Shown here: one piece after another, positions 1-7,970 of the stretch
Position numbering within the stretch: position 1 is the stretch's first letter
How the letters are laid out: every line of letters begins with the position of its first letter
Source of the DNA: an uncultured delta proteobacterium
Lineage (GTDB): Bacteria; Myxococcota_A; Polyangia; Polyangiales; Polyangiaceae
Direction of reading: 5' to 3'
DNA: 64,000 nt
Assembly: GCA_963782055.1 (NCBI GenBank)
Contig: CAWAIF010000003.1
Span: 1,344,001-1,408,000, forward strand
The notes under the pieces: model-generated
Databases searched by the model: none
What the model was told of the DNA's origin: nothing
Seen by the model: the letters and a program-made list of their open reading frames with translations, nothing else
Made by a program: the position numbers and the translations under genes

Positions 1-248
1 GCCTTCGGCCGGACCTCAGGTTGCGTGCCCTTCGGGCCGTCGGCCGGCCTTCGGCCGGACCTCAGGTTGCGTGCCCTTCGGGCCGTCGGCCGGCCTTCGG
101 CCGGACCTCAGGTTGCGTGCCCTTCGGGCCGTCGGCCGGCCTTCGGCCGGACCTCAGGTTGCGTGCCCTTCGGGCCGTCGGCCGGCCTTCGGCCGGACCT
201 CAGGTTGCGTGCCCTTCGGGCCGTCGGCCGGCCTTCGGCCGGACCTCA
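1..248. repeat. Tandem array of a 46-bp palindromic (REP-like) unit, ~5.4 copies, running off the left window edge
   Basis: GCCTTCGGCCGGACCTCAGGTTGCGTGCCCTTCGGGCCGTCGGCCG repeats exactly at 1, 47, 93, 139 and 185, partial at 231; no spacers. Confidence 0.95.
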
Positions 249-342
249 GCCGCGCCGGGTGGGGCTGTCCCGGGTGTCCCCCGGAGGTGTCCGGGGACAG
301 TTGACGGCGGCGCGATACCACGCAAAGTAGCTGCCTTCGCGC

Positions 343-358
343 TGGCACATCGGGTGCA
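343..358 (+). promoter_or_regulatory. Putative sigma54 (-24/-12) promoter of ssb
   Basis: TGGCACATCGGGTGCA = GG-N10-GC with TGGCAC, about 30 bp upstream of the ssb ATG. Confidence 0.6.
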
Positions 359-386
359 GTGCCTGGGGAACGAGGAGATTACGACG

Positions 387-854
387 ATGGCCGAAGGCTT
401 GAACAAGGTGTTGCTGTTCGGAAACCTGGGCGCGGACCCGGAGCTGCGCGTCACCCCGAGCGGCCAGGCGGTGCTCAAGCTGCGTCTCGCCACGACGGAG
501 AGCTACGTCGACAAGAGCAACACCCGGCAGGAGCGCACCGAGTGGCACTCCATCACCATCTGGGGCAAGCGCGGTGAGGCGCTCGCCAAGATCCTCGGCA
601 AGGGCGACCGCGTGTTCATCGAGGGCTCGCTCCGCACCTCGAGCTACGAGAAGAACGGCGAGAAGCGCTACCGCACCGAGATTGTGGCGAGCAACATCAT
701 CCTCGGTGGCGGCGGCCGCCGCGGCGGCGCCGAGCGCTCGGAGGAAGCGCCCCGCTCCTACGGCCGCTCTGCCCCGGCCGCTCAGCCGGTGGACGCCGGC
801 GGTGGCGCGGACGACTTCGTCGACGCCGGCGGCGACGACGAGATCCCCTTCTGA
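387..854 (+). CDS. ssb: Single-stranded DNA-binding protein
   Basis: LNKVLLFGNLGADPELR...TEWH...GDRVFIEGSLRT OB-fold, Gly-rich linker, DDEIPF tail; GAGGAG RBS. Confidence 0.97.
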   Translation: MAEGLNKVLLFGNLGADPELRVTPSGQAVLKLRLATTESYVDKSNTRQERTEWHSITIWGKRGEALAKILGKGDRVFIEGSLRTSSYEKNGEKRYRTEIVASNIILGGGGRRGGAERSEEAPRSYGRSAPAAQPVDAGGGADDFVDAGGDDEIPF

Positions 855-862
855 GCTCGGCG

Positions 863-1636
863 GTGCTCTCCACCCTGGGCGCGGAGGCCCTCGCACGGTC
901 GGTGCGAGAGCGCGCCGCCGCGCTGGAGCGTCCCGTCGCCGCGTTTGACGCCGACGGCACGCTCTGGTCGGGCGACGTGGGGGAAGACCTCTTCTTCTCC
1001 GCGCTCGAGCGGGCCGACGTGCGCGCGCCGGCCGCGACCGCCCTGCGGGAGGTGGCGCGCGCCCACTCGCTACCTGACGCGGGCGGCGGCGTCGCGGTGG
1101 CGCGCGGCCTGTGGGAGGCCTACCTGCGCGGCGCCTTCGCCGAGCAGGCCGTGTGCGAGATGATGACCTGGCTCTTCGCCGGCTGGTCGGAGGGGGAGAT
1201 GGACGCCTTCGCCGCCACCGTCGTGGCCGCGGCGAGCTTGCCTTCGCGCGGGCAGGGCGAGGTGCTCTCGGTGCTCGCCGCCGCGCGCGAGGCGGGCGTG
1301 GAGTGCTTCGTGGTGAGCGCGTCGCCGCTGCCCATCGTTCGCGTCGGGGCGGCGCTGCTCGGGTTCGACGCGTCGCACGTGCTGGCCGGCATCCCGGCGC
1401 GCGCGGCGGGTGTCCTTCAGGCGGACGTGGAGCGCCCCTTCCCCTACGGCGCGGGCAAGGTGGCGGCCCTGCGCGGCCGTGTGGGGGAGCGGCCGCTCGC
1501 CGCCGCCTTCGGCGACAGCCCCTCGGACGCGGACATGCTGCGGCAGGCGCGTGTCCCCGTCGCGGTCCGGCCGAAGCCCAGGCTCCGGGCGATGGGCGCG
1601 GAGGTGCGCGGCCTGGTGGAGCTCTCGCCCAAGTAG
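863..1636 (+). CDS. HAD-superfamily hydrolase
   Basis: AFDADGTLW (motif I), VVSAS (II), K...FGDSPSDADML (III/IV). Confidence 0.85.
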   Translation: MLSTLGAEALARSVRERAAALERPVAAFDADGTLWSGDVGEDLFFSALERADVRAPAATALREVARAHSLPDAGGGVAVARGLWEAYLRGAFAEQAVCEMMTWLFAGWSEGEMDAFAATVVAAASLPSRGQGEVLSVLAAAREAGVECFVVSASPLPIVRVGAALLGFDASHVLAGIPARAAGVLQADVERPFPYGAGKVAALRGRVGERPLAAAFGDSPSDADMLRQARVPVAVRPKPRLRAMGAEVRGLVELSPK

Positions 1637-1866
1637 ATGAGCGTTCGCGACTCGCGAACGCGAACCAAGCGCGGGAGCTGGCGAGTTCTCAGGTCGGGAA
1701 CCCCGACGCATAGCGGATGGCCCGCGTGCGAGGGGCTCCTGCCAGATTCACAAGCAGCTCGCCCCCTGTCCCCCCCGGCCCCCCTTCCTGTCCCCGGACA
1801 CCAGACGTCGAAGTGCAAGGATCCTTTCACTTCGACGTCTGTGCGGGAATCCGTGAGGAGGGGGGG

Positions 1867-1882
1867 TGGCATGGGGGGTGCT
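1867..1882 (+). promoter_or_regulatory. Putative sigma54 promoter of MarR-like gene, copy 1
   Basis: TGGCATGGGGGGTGCT (GG-N10-GC); identical in copy 2 at 33618-33633 with the same 14-nt offset to the ATG. Confidence 0.6.
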
Positions 1883-1894
1883 TGGGGGGCGGGG

Positions 1895-2491
1895 ATGGAT
1901 CCTGTGTTCTTCACGATCAAGCGGGCGTACTACGCGACGCTCCGGCTCACGCGGCGGGCGCTTCGGGCGATGGGGTTGACGGCGGCGCGGTTCGACGTGC
2001 TCGACGCGCTGTACCGGCTGGGGACGGGGTGCGCGCACTTCCAGAGCGACCTCCGGCGCGGGCTCGGCGTGGCCCGATCCACCATCAGCGAGATGATGCG
2101 GTCGCTCGAGAAGGTCGGGCTCGTGACGCGGCGGCGTGACGGGCGCGACGTCATCGTCGCGCTCAGCGTCGAGGGGCGGCGGCGGATCCGGCGCGCGTAC
2201 TACGGGCTCGTGCTCGTGGGGCACGTGGGGCACGCGCTGGACGGCGCGCTTGCGCCGGGCGAGCGGCGCTGGCCCGATCCGCGGCGCTGCGCCAGCGCGC
2301 GCAGACACCTCGAGGCGCTCTGCATGCGCATCCGGCTCGGGTTCGGCGACGGGGCGACGCTGGACCGGCACACCGAGTATGGGTTCTGGGTTCTGCGGGA
2401 CCACGACCGCGCCCGCCACGCCAACGCTCGGCGGGAGCAGCGCCAGCGCGAGCTCGATCGCGCCTACGCGCTCGCCCCGCCGAGGACGTGA
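1895..2491 (+). CDS. MarR-family winged-helix protein (copy 1)
   Basis: GLTAARFDVLDAL...QSDLRRGLGVARSTISEMMRSLEKVGLVTRRRDGRD...LSVEGRR; close paralog at 33646-34242. Confidence 0.85.
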   Translation: MDPVFFTIKRAYYATLRLTRRALRAMGLTAARFDVLDALYRLGTGCAHFQSDLRRGLGVARSTISEMMRSLEKVGLVTRRRDGRDVIVALSVEGRRRIRRAYYGLVLVGHVGHALDGALAPGERRWPDPRRCASARRHLEALCMRIRLGFGDGATLDRHTEYGFWVLRDHDRARHANARREQRQRELDRAYALAPPRT

Positions 2492-2502
2492 CTAGGTCTC
2501 TC

Positions 2503-2964
2503 TCAGTTGCAGAGCGGGCAGCCCACCGGGCAGGTCGGCCCGGGCTCGCACTTGGGCGGGCCGGAGGGGCCCGGACCCTGGATCTCGCAGCACACGTCGC
2601 CGCCGGCGCACGCGGGTTTGCACGTCGGCGCCTGACACTTGCCGTTGAGGCACATGGAGGTCTTGCCCTCGCACTTGGTGCCGCAGCCGCCGCAGTTGAG
2701 CGGATCGTTCTGCTCGTTGATGCAGGCGTCGCCGCAGCAGGCGAGGCCAGGCGCGCAGGCGCCCGCGTCGCACGGGCCGCCGCCGCTGTCGGCGCCGGAG
2801 TCGGTGCCGCCGCCGGAGTCGGGGGTCCCGCCGTCGACGCCGCCGGAGTCCGTACCGCCGCCGGAGTCCAGCGACGCGTCGGGGCCTGCGTCCAGGTCGG
2901 TGCTGGTGGAGCCGCTGCAGGCGGCGAGGAGCAGGGCGGACGAGAGGAGAAGCAAGCGGTTCAT
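2503..2964 (-). CDS. Cys-rich lipoprotein
   Basis: MNRLLLLSSALLLAAC lipobox, DSG-rich linker, NDPLNCGGCG Cys-rich C-terminus. Confidence 0.8.
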   Translation of the reverse strand: MNRLLLLSSALLLAACSGSTSTDLDAGPDASLDSGGGTDSGGVDGGTPDSGGGTDSGADSGGGPCDAGACAPGLACCGDACINEQNDPLNCGGCGTKCEGKTSMCLNGKCQAPTCKPACAGGDVCCEIQGPGPSGPPKCEPGPTCPVGCPLCN

Positions 2965-3132
2965 GGCCTCCAGTCTAGCCCTCCGTGGCCCGATCGTCAG
3001 CCGCGATGACCAGCGTCGGCGCAACGGCGAAGCGGCGTGATCAGGAGCTCCCCATTTCAATCGCCGCACCGCTTCGTCATCGACGACGTCACACCTGCGC
3101 CACCGGGTACATCGTTGCGTGGCCGCCGGAGA

Positions 3133-3582
3133 TCAGCGCGAGGCGGTCTCGATCGGGTCGGGCAGGGGTACCGCCATCTCCCCGCGCACCTCGGCCTCGT
3201 AGCGAAGCGCGACGGCGGTGCGCGCGCAACGACCGGTGGCGTACGCCCACACCGGGTGCCCCGGGCAGACGTCGATCGCCCGCCGGAGGATCTTCACCGC
3301 GAGCCGGGTCTGCCCGCGCGCGTCTCGCCGCGGCGTGCGCGCGCACGGCGTCTGGTAGGCGCCACACGACCGGCCGTGATCACCCACGGCGTGCGGGTGG
3401 TACGCGCTCTCGTGCGCGGCGAGCACGTCGAGCAGCGCGGCGTAGAGCTGCGGCGCCTCGGTCTCGGCGGCGACCTCGGCGATCACGCGCGCGGCGCCGA
3501 GGGGCCGCGGGATGGGGAAGCCGTGGCCGTCGTGGAGCAAGGGCAGCGCGAGAAGCCATGCGAGAAGCTGTGCGGACGTCAT
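3133..3582 (-). CDS. Putative lytic-transglycosylase-like (SLT/lysozyme fold) exported protein
   Basis: Hydrophobic N-terminus; AHESAYHPHAVGDHGRSCGAYQ resembles the SLT ES...G..Q motifs. Confidence 0.55.
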   Translation of the reverse strand: MTSAQLLAWLLALPLLHDGHGFPIPRPLGAARVIAEVAAETEAPQLYAALLDVLAAHESAYHPHAVGDHGRSCGAYQTPCARTPRRDARGQTRLAVKILRRAIDVCPGHPVWAYATGRCARTAVALRYEAEVRGEMAVPLPDPIETASR

Positions 3583-3694
3583 GAGTCGGCCTCCGTGGTG
3601 GCGAGGCCGGGGGACGTGGGGCCCGGGTCCCGATTTGGAAAGGGGGAGCGCCCCGCGCCGCAGAAGGTGCGCTCGTCGACCCCGGCTCCCCGCG

Positions 3695-4045
3695 CTACTC
3701 CGCGGCCGCCGCCTTCCGCGCTCGCTGCTTCGGGTCGCGCGTCGTGCGCGTCGCTCTGCGCTTGAGGTTGGACGTCGGCTTGGCGCGGTTGGCGCTCGCG
3801 CGGGTGGACTTGCGTGACGGCTTACCCGTCGCCGAGTTCTCCAGCGCGTAGGCCGCCTTGCCCGCGGCGTGCTCCGACCGATTACGCTTGGCCGTGCCCT
3901 TCGGGCCGACCTTGCGCGCCGACGCGCTCACGCCCGGGAGGGACGTGTCCACCGGCTTGTCGCGCCGGGGTGCCTTCGGCTTCTTGGGCTTGCCGGGGCC
4001 GGACCGCTCGGCCCGGTAACGAGACTTCTCGGCTTTTGTCGACAT
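3695..4045 (-). CDS. Small highly basic (Lys/Arg-rich) hypothetical protein
   Basis: 116-aa K/R-rich ORF downstream of the sigma factor, plausible codon usage. Confidence 0.7.
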   Translation of the reverse strand: MSTKAEKSRYRAERSGPGKPKKPKAPRRDKPVDTSLPGVSASARKVGPKGTAKRNRSEHAAGKAAYALENSATGKPSRKSTRASANRAKPTSNLKRRATRTTRDPKQRARKAAAAE

Positions 4046-4111
4046 GGCGATCTGCCTTTCGTGTGCGTCTAAGGTCTCCATGCCCACGGCCATGGTCAAG
4101 GCCGAGCCAGA

Positions 4112-5290
4112 TCAAATCGCGACGTCGGGCCGGAACGACTGCTCCTCGCACCGCTCGCGCAACTTGCGCAGCGCGGCGGCCTCGATCTGCCGCACGCGCT
4201 CACGGCTGAGCGACAGCACCGTGCCGATCTCCTCCAGCGTGTGCTCGGAGGAGCCCTCCAGGCCGAAGCGCATGCCGAGCACGCGGCGCTCGCGGGCGTC
4301 GAGGGTGGTGAGCAGGTCTCGCGCGCTCCTTCGCATGCGCGCGGAGGCGACCTCGTCGTCGGGCATCGGCGTCGTGTCGTTGGCGACGATGTCGCCGAGG
4401 CTCTTCTCGCCGTCGAACATCGTCGGGGCGTCCAGGCTCGCCGGCTCGCGGGCGAGGCCCAGCACCAGCTCCACCTTGGCGATGGGAAGGCCGCTCTTGT
4501 GCGCGAGCTGCGCCGGCGTCGGTTCCTCCCCGAGCTCCTGGCGCAGGCGGCCGCGCGCGCGCAGCACCTTGATGCGGCTCTCGACGATGTGCACCGGCAC
4601 GCGGATCGTCGGGGCGCGGTCGGCGATGGCGCGCTGCATGGCCTGCTTGATCCACCACGACGCGTAGGTGCTCAGCCGGTGACCCGTGCGGTAGTCGTAC
4701 TTGTCGACGGCGCGCATGAGGCCCACGTTGCCCTCCTGAACCAGGTCGAGGAACGCCAGGTGATCGCTGCGGTAGCCGCGCGCGAAGGACACGACCAGCC
4801 GCAGGTTGCTCTCGATGAGCTCGTTCTTCGCGCGCTGCACGCTGCGCTTGGCGGCGCTCACGCGGGCGATGACCGAGGTGTTCCCCGCGAGGCGCACGGC
4901 CTCCTCCATCCTCTCCACGACGTCGGGGTGGAGCCGCAGCGCGACAAGGCGCCGGAGGAGGTCCTCGCGGCTGCGGCGGGCGGCGAGGGTCCGCACGAGT
5001 CGCGTGCGCTGCGTCCTCGCCGCCTCACGGCTCTGCTCGACGTTGCGGAGCACCATCCCCAGCGTGAGCCGGCCGGCGCAGAGATCGGCGCGCATCTCGG
5101 CGAGGACGCACGCAGCCTCGTCGGTCTCCAGGAGCGCCTCGAGGATGGCGCGCTCGCTGTCCTCGATGTCCCGCGCGATGCGCACTTCTTCCTCGCGCGT
5201 CAGCACCGGTTTGCGCAGACCGCCGAGGTAGAGCGTCCGCGCGTGTGCTCGCGGCGAGCTCGGCCTGTTTTGTTGGGCTCGGGTGTTCAA
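4112..5290 (-). CDS. Sigma-70 family (RpoD/RpoS-like) alternative sigma factor; start uncertain
   Basis: NLRLVVSFARGY, DLVQEGNVGLMRAVDKYD...STYASWWIKQAM (region 2), HTLEEIG..LSLSRERVRQIE (region 4); no region 1.1; in-frame TTG at 5290 used. Confidence 0.9.
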   Translation of the reverse strand: MNTRAQQNRPSSPRAHARTLYLGGLRKPVLTREEEVRIARDIEDSERAILEALLETDEAACVLAEMRADLCAGRLTLGMVLRNVEQSREAARTQRTRLVRTLAARRSREDLLRRLVALRLHPDVVERMEEAVRLAGNTSVIARVSAAKRSVQRAKNELIESNLRLVVSFARGYRSDHLAFLDLVQEGNVGLMRAVDKYDYRTGHRLSTYASWWIKQAMQRAIADRAPTIRVPVHIVESRIKVLRARGRLRQELGEEPTPAQLAHKSGLPIAKVELVLGLAREPASLDAPTMFDGEKSLGDIVANDTTPMPDDEVASARMRRSARDLLTTLDARERRVLGMRFGLEGSSEHTLEEIGTVLSLSRERVRQIEAAALRKLRERCEEQSFRPDVAI

Positions 5291-5420
5291 TGAAGGGCTG
5301 CTCGGGGCTGGCCGCGCGGGCGGTCGCCGGTCCCGGCGCTTCTTCGCGACGCCGGGGGCTGACGGGTTCGCCCGACACGGTAAGCATCCCTCGCACTTCG
5401 TGCCAGCCGTCGGGTACGCG

Positions 5421-5915
5421 CTACGCGAGCGCCGCGCGCCCCACCCGCCTCGTCCGTGGCCGCATGGGGCGTCGCGCGACGTCCGCGACCACCTGCGGGC
5501 GCGCCAGCTTGCCCTCGATGGCGTCGGCGAGCACGCGCAGCGCGTCGGTCGTCGTGAAGACACCGAGCACGTCGCCGTGATCCACGACCACGGCCGAGCC
5601 GATCTTCTTCGCCACCATGCTCCGCGCCACCTTGGTCACCAGGGCGTCGGACGTGACGGCGTACGGCTTCGCGGTCATCACGTCCTGCACGCTCCGCCGC
5701 TCGCGAGGTGCGGACTTCTCCGGGAGGAGGCGCGTGTCGCGCTCGGACACCACGCCCACCAGCTTGCCGCGGTCGTCGGTCACCGGGAGGTGCCGCACCC
5801 CGTACTCCTTCATCAGCCTGCGCGCGACGGTGACAGCCTGGTGGGTGAGGACGGTGCGCGGCACCAGCGTCATCACGTCGCCCACGATGGGCATGGTCCT
5901 GCTCGTTCTGTTCAT
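5421..5915 (-). CDS. CBS-domain pair protein
   Basis: VGDVMT...VRHLPVTD..KLVGVVSERD...VQDVMT...KIGSAVVV...GVFTTTD; GGAG RBS. Confidence 0.9.
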   Translation of the reverse strand: MNRTSRTMPIVGDVMTLVPRTVLTHQAVTVARRLMKEYGVRHLPVTDDRGKLVGVVSERDTRLLPEKSAPRERRSVQDVMTAKPYAVTSDALVTKVARSMVAKKIGSAVVVDHGDVLGVFTTTDALRVLADAIEGKLARPQVVADVARRPMRPRTRRVGRAALA

Positions 5916-5939
5916 GACGTTCTCCTGCGCGCCCTGCGT

Positions 5940-5955
5940 TGCCAGGCTCGTGCCA
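5940..5955 (-). promoter_or_regulatory. Putative sigma54 promoter upstream of the CBS-sigma70 cluster
   Basis: Minus strand reads TGGCACGAGCCTGGCA (TGGCACG, GG-N10-GC). Confidence 0.6.
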
Positions 5956-6084
5956 CCCACGTGCGGCGCGCCGGCACCCGCGCCACGTCGCCCCCTGGCT
6001 CCGCATCGACTGCGCACTCCCGGCAAGGGCTGCGTGACGTTTGGCTAGCACCGTGTCGGCGAAAACTGCGATATGACCGTCGGC

Positions 6085-7713
6085 ATGAGACGTCTCCTCC
6101 ATGCCCTGCTCCCGGTGGCGGTGATCGCGGCGAGCTGCGCGCCGCCCCCGGCGCCCGTGACGGCCGTCGCGGTGCCGCAGCCCGCCGCCGCCGCGTGCTC
6201 CGGCGCGCCCGAGGACGATGAGCCGCTGATCGTGGACTGGCGCGCCGACAAGCGAGCGGACCTGGAGGCCCAGCTCGCGAAGGGGCCCGTCGTCGTCGTT
6301 CACTACGACTGCGGGGGTCTGCGCGTCTTGCCGGACTGCACGGTCGACGGGACATACGCCTTCCTGGGCATCACCGAGAAGGAGCAGACCCTGCAGTTTG
6401 CGACACCGGACGAGGTTCGCGTCAACCTGCCCATCGGTGGTGCCGCGCTCGCGTCCCGTCTCACGCCGACGTTGCGGCGCGGCGGCGAGCTGGAGGTCGC
6501 CATGGCGCTCGTCGGCAAGCGTGTCAGCTCGCGCGCCTCGGTATCCCGTGCGGACCTCCACGGGGCATGTGACGGAGCGACGCACTTCGTGCGGAGCGCC
6601 ACGCTGGGCGCCTTCGCGATGGCCGCCTCCCCCGCGGCATCCACCGGCGTCGGCTCCGTCTTCGAGAGGAAGGACGCGATGGGTCGCGACGGGTCCGTCG
6701 CGGCGTGCCGCGCCTCCGCCGGCGACACCCCGCCGACCGCGTGCGCGGCCCCGCTGCGGCTGGACCTTCGGGTCATCGGGACCGGCAAGGCGGCGGCGTC
6801 GTCGCGGGAGGAAGGGGGTCGGGGGCGATGCCCGAAGGGGATGGTGCTGCTCGACGGCGGCGCCTGCGCCTCCTCCGGCAGGCGGGCGCCACACGTCTGC
6901 TACATCGACGATCCCGCCGACTGCGACGCCCAGTGCAACGCTGGCTCCATGTCGAGCTGCGCGCTGCTCGGGCGCAGCTACATGATGGGCCGCGGCGTGC
7001 CGCGCGACTTCGCCCGCGCCAAGCGGCTGCTCACCAAGGCGTGCGACGGCGGCTCCGCCCCCGGGTGCGGGAGACTCGGCGAGATCGCGCTGAGCGAGCA
7101 CGACGCGCCGACCGCGTCACGCCTGCTCGTCAAGGCGTGCCGCGCCGGCTGGGCGACCGCGTGTGCGTCGCTCGGCCACCTCCGGGTGATGGCCAACGCC
7201 CTCCCGGCGCCGGAGCTCTTCCAGCGGGCGTGCCTTGGCGGCGACGCGGAGGGGTGCGCGTCGCTGGGCCAGCTCCAGGAGAAGGGGCTCGGCGTTCCCG
7301 CGAACCCGACCATGGCCGTTCACGACTACCAGCTCGCGTGTGACGGGGCCTCGGGTATGGGGTGCGCGAACCTCGCCGCCATGGTCGACGAGGGTCGAGG
7401 CACGCCCGCCGACCCCGCGCGGGCCATCGCGATCCTCCGCGCTGCGTGCGACAAGAACCTCTCTCCGGCGTGCACGGCGCTGAGCGTCCGCTACTTCCAG
7501 GGCCACGGCGTACCGAAGGATGTCGCGAAGGGCGCCATGTTGCTCCAGAAGGCATGCGAGGGGACCGAGCGCATGCAGTGTTTCGTGCTGGCCATGCGCT
7601 ACCAGGCCGGCACCGGCGTCCCGAAGGACGCCGACAAGGCGACACGCTACTTCACGATGGCCTGCGACGCAGGCCTCGAGTTCGCGTGCAAGCAGGTCCA
7701 GAAGGGGCACTGA
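6085..7713 (+). CDS. Lipoprotein with Cys-containing Sel1-like repeats
   Basis: Lipobox IAASC; repeated G.GVP.D..KA..L..KAC.G...C units. Confidence 0.85.
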   Translation: MRRLLHALLPVAVIAASCAPPPAPVTAVAVPQPAAAACSGAPEDDEPLIVDWRADKRADLEAQLAKGPVVVVHYDCGGLRVLPDCTVDGTYAFLGITEKEQTLQFATPDEVRVNLPIGGAALASRLTPTLRRGGELEVAMALVGKRVSSRASVSRADLHGACDGATHFVRSATLGAFAMAASPAASTGVGSVFERKDAMGRDGSVAACRASAGDTPPTACAAPLRLDLRVIGTGKAAASSREEGGRGRCPKGMVLLDGGACASSGRRAPHVCYIDDPADCDAQCNAGSMSSCALLGRSYMMGRGVPRDFARAKRLLTKACDGGSAPGCGRLGEIALSEHDAPTASRLLVKACRAGWATACASLGHLRVMANALPAPELFQRACLGGDAEGCASLGQLQEKGLGVPANPTMAVHDYQLACDGASGMGCANLAAMVDEGRGTPADPARAIAILRAACDKNLSPACTALSVRYFQGHGVPKDVAKGAMLLQKACEGTERMQCFVLAMRYQAGTGVPKDADKATRYFTMACDAGLEFACKQVQKGH

Positions 7714-7907
7714 GGCCCGGCCGCAGGCCGGCCGACGGCCCGAAGGGCACGCAGACTGAGGCCCGGCCGCAGGCCGGCCGACGGCCCGAAGGGCACGCAG
7801 ACTGAGGCCCGGCCGCAGGCCGGCCGACAGCCCGAAGGGCGCGTAGACTGAGGTCCGGCCGCAGGCCGGCCGACAGCCCGAAGGGCACGTACACTGAGGT
7901 CCGGCCG
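7709..7907. repeat. Tandem array of the 46-bp unit (~4.3 copies), reverse-complement orientation to the array at 1-248
   Basis: ACTGAGGCCCGGCCGCAGGCCGGCCGACGGCCCGAAGGGCACGCAG with minor variants at 7709, 7755, 7801 and 7847, partial at 7893. Confidence 0.95.
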
Positions 7908-7970
7908 AGACGGCGGCGCTTGAGCCCGGGCACCCGGCGTCGTACCGTCTACCGCCGAGGAGAGCACTGG

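Noticed and set aside
1..248. CRISPR array (also considered for 7709-7907)
   Set aside because: Units are contiguous and near-identical with no unique spacers, and there are no cas genes
21..386. N-terminal extension of SSB in the ORF track
   Set aside because: It is translated repeat and promoter DNA; the real start is ATG 387 behind GAGGAG
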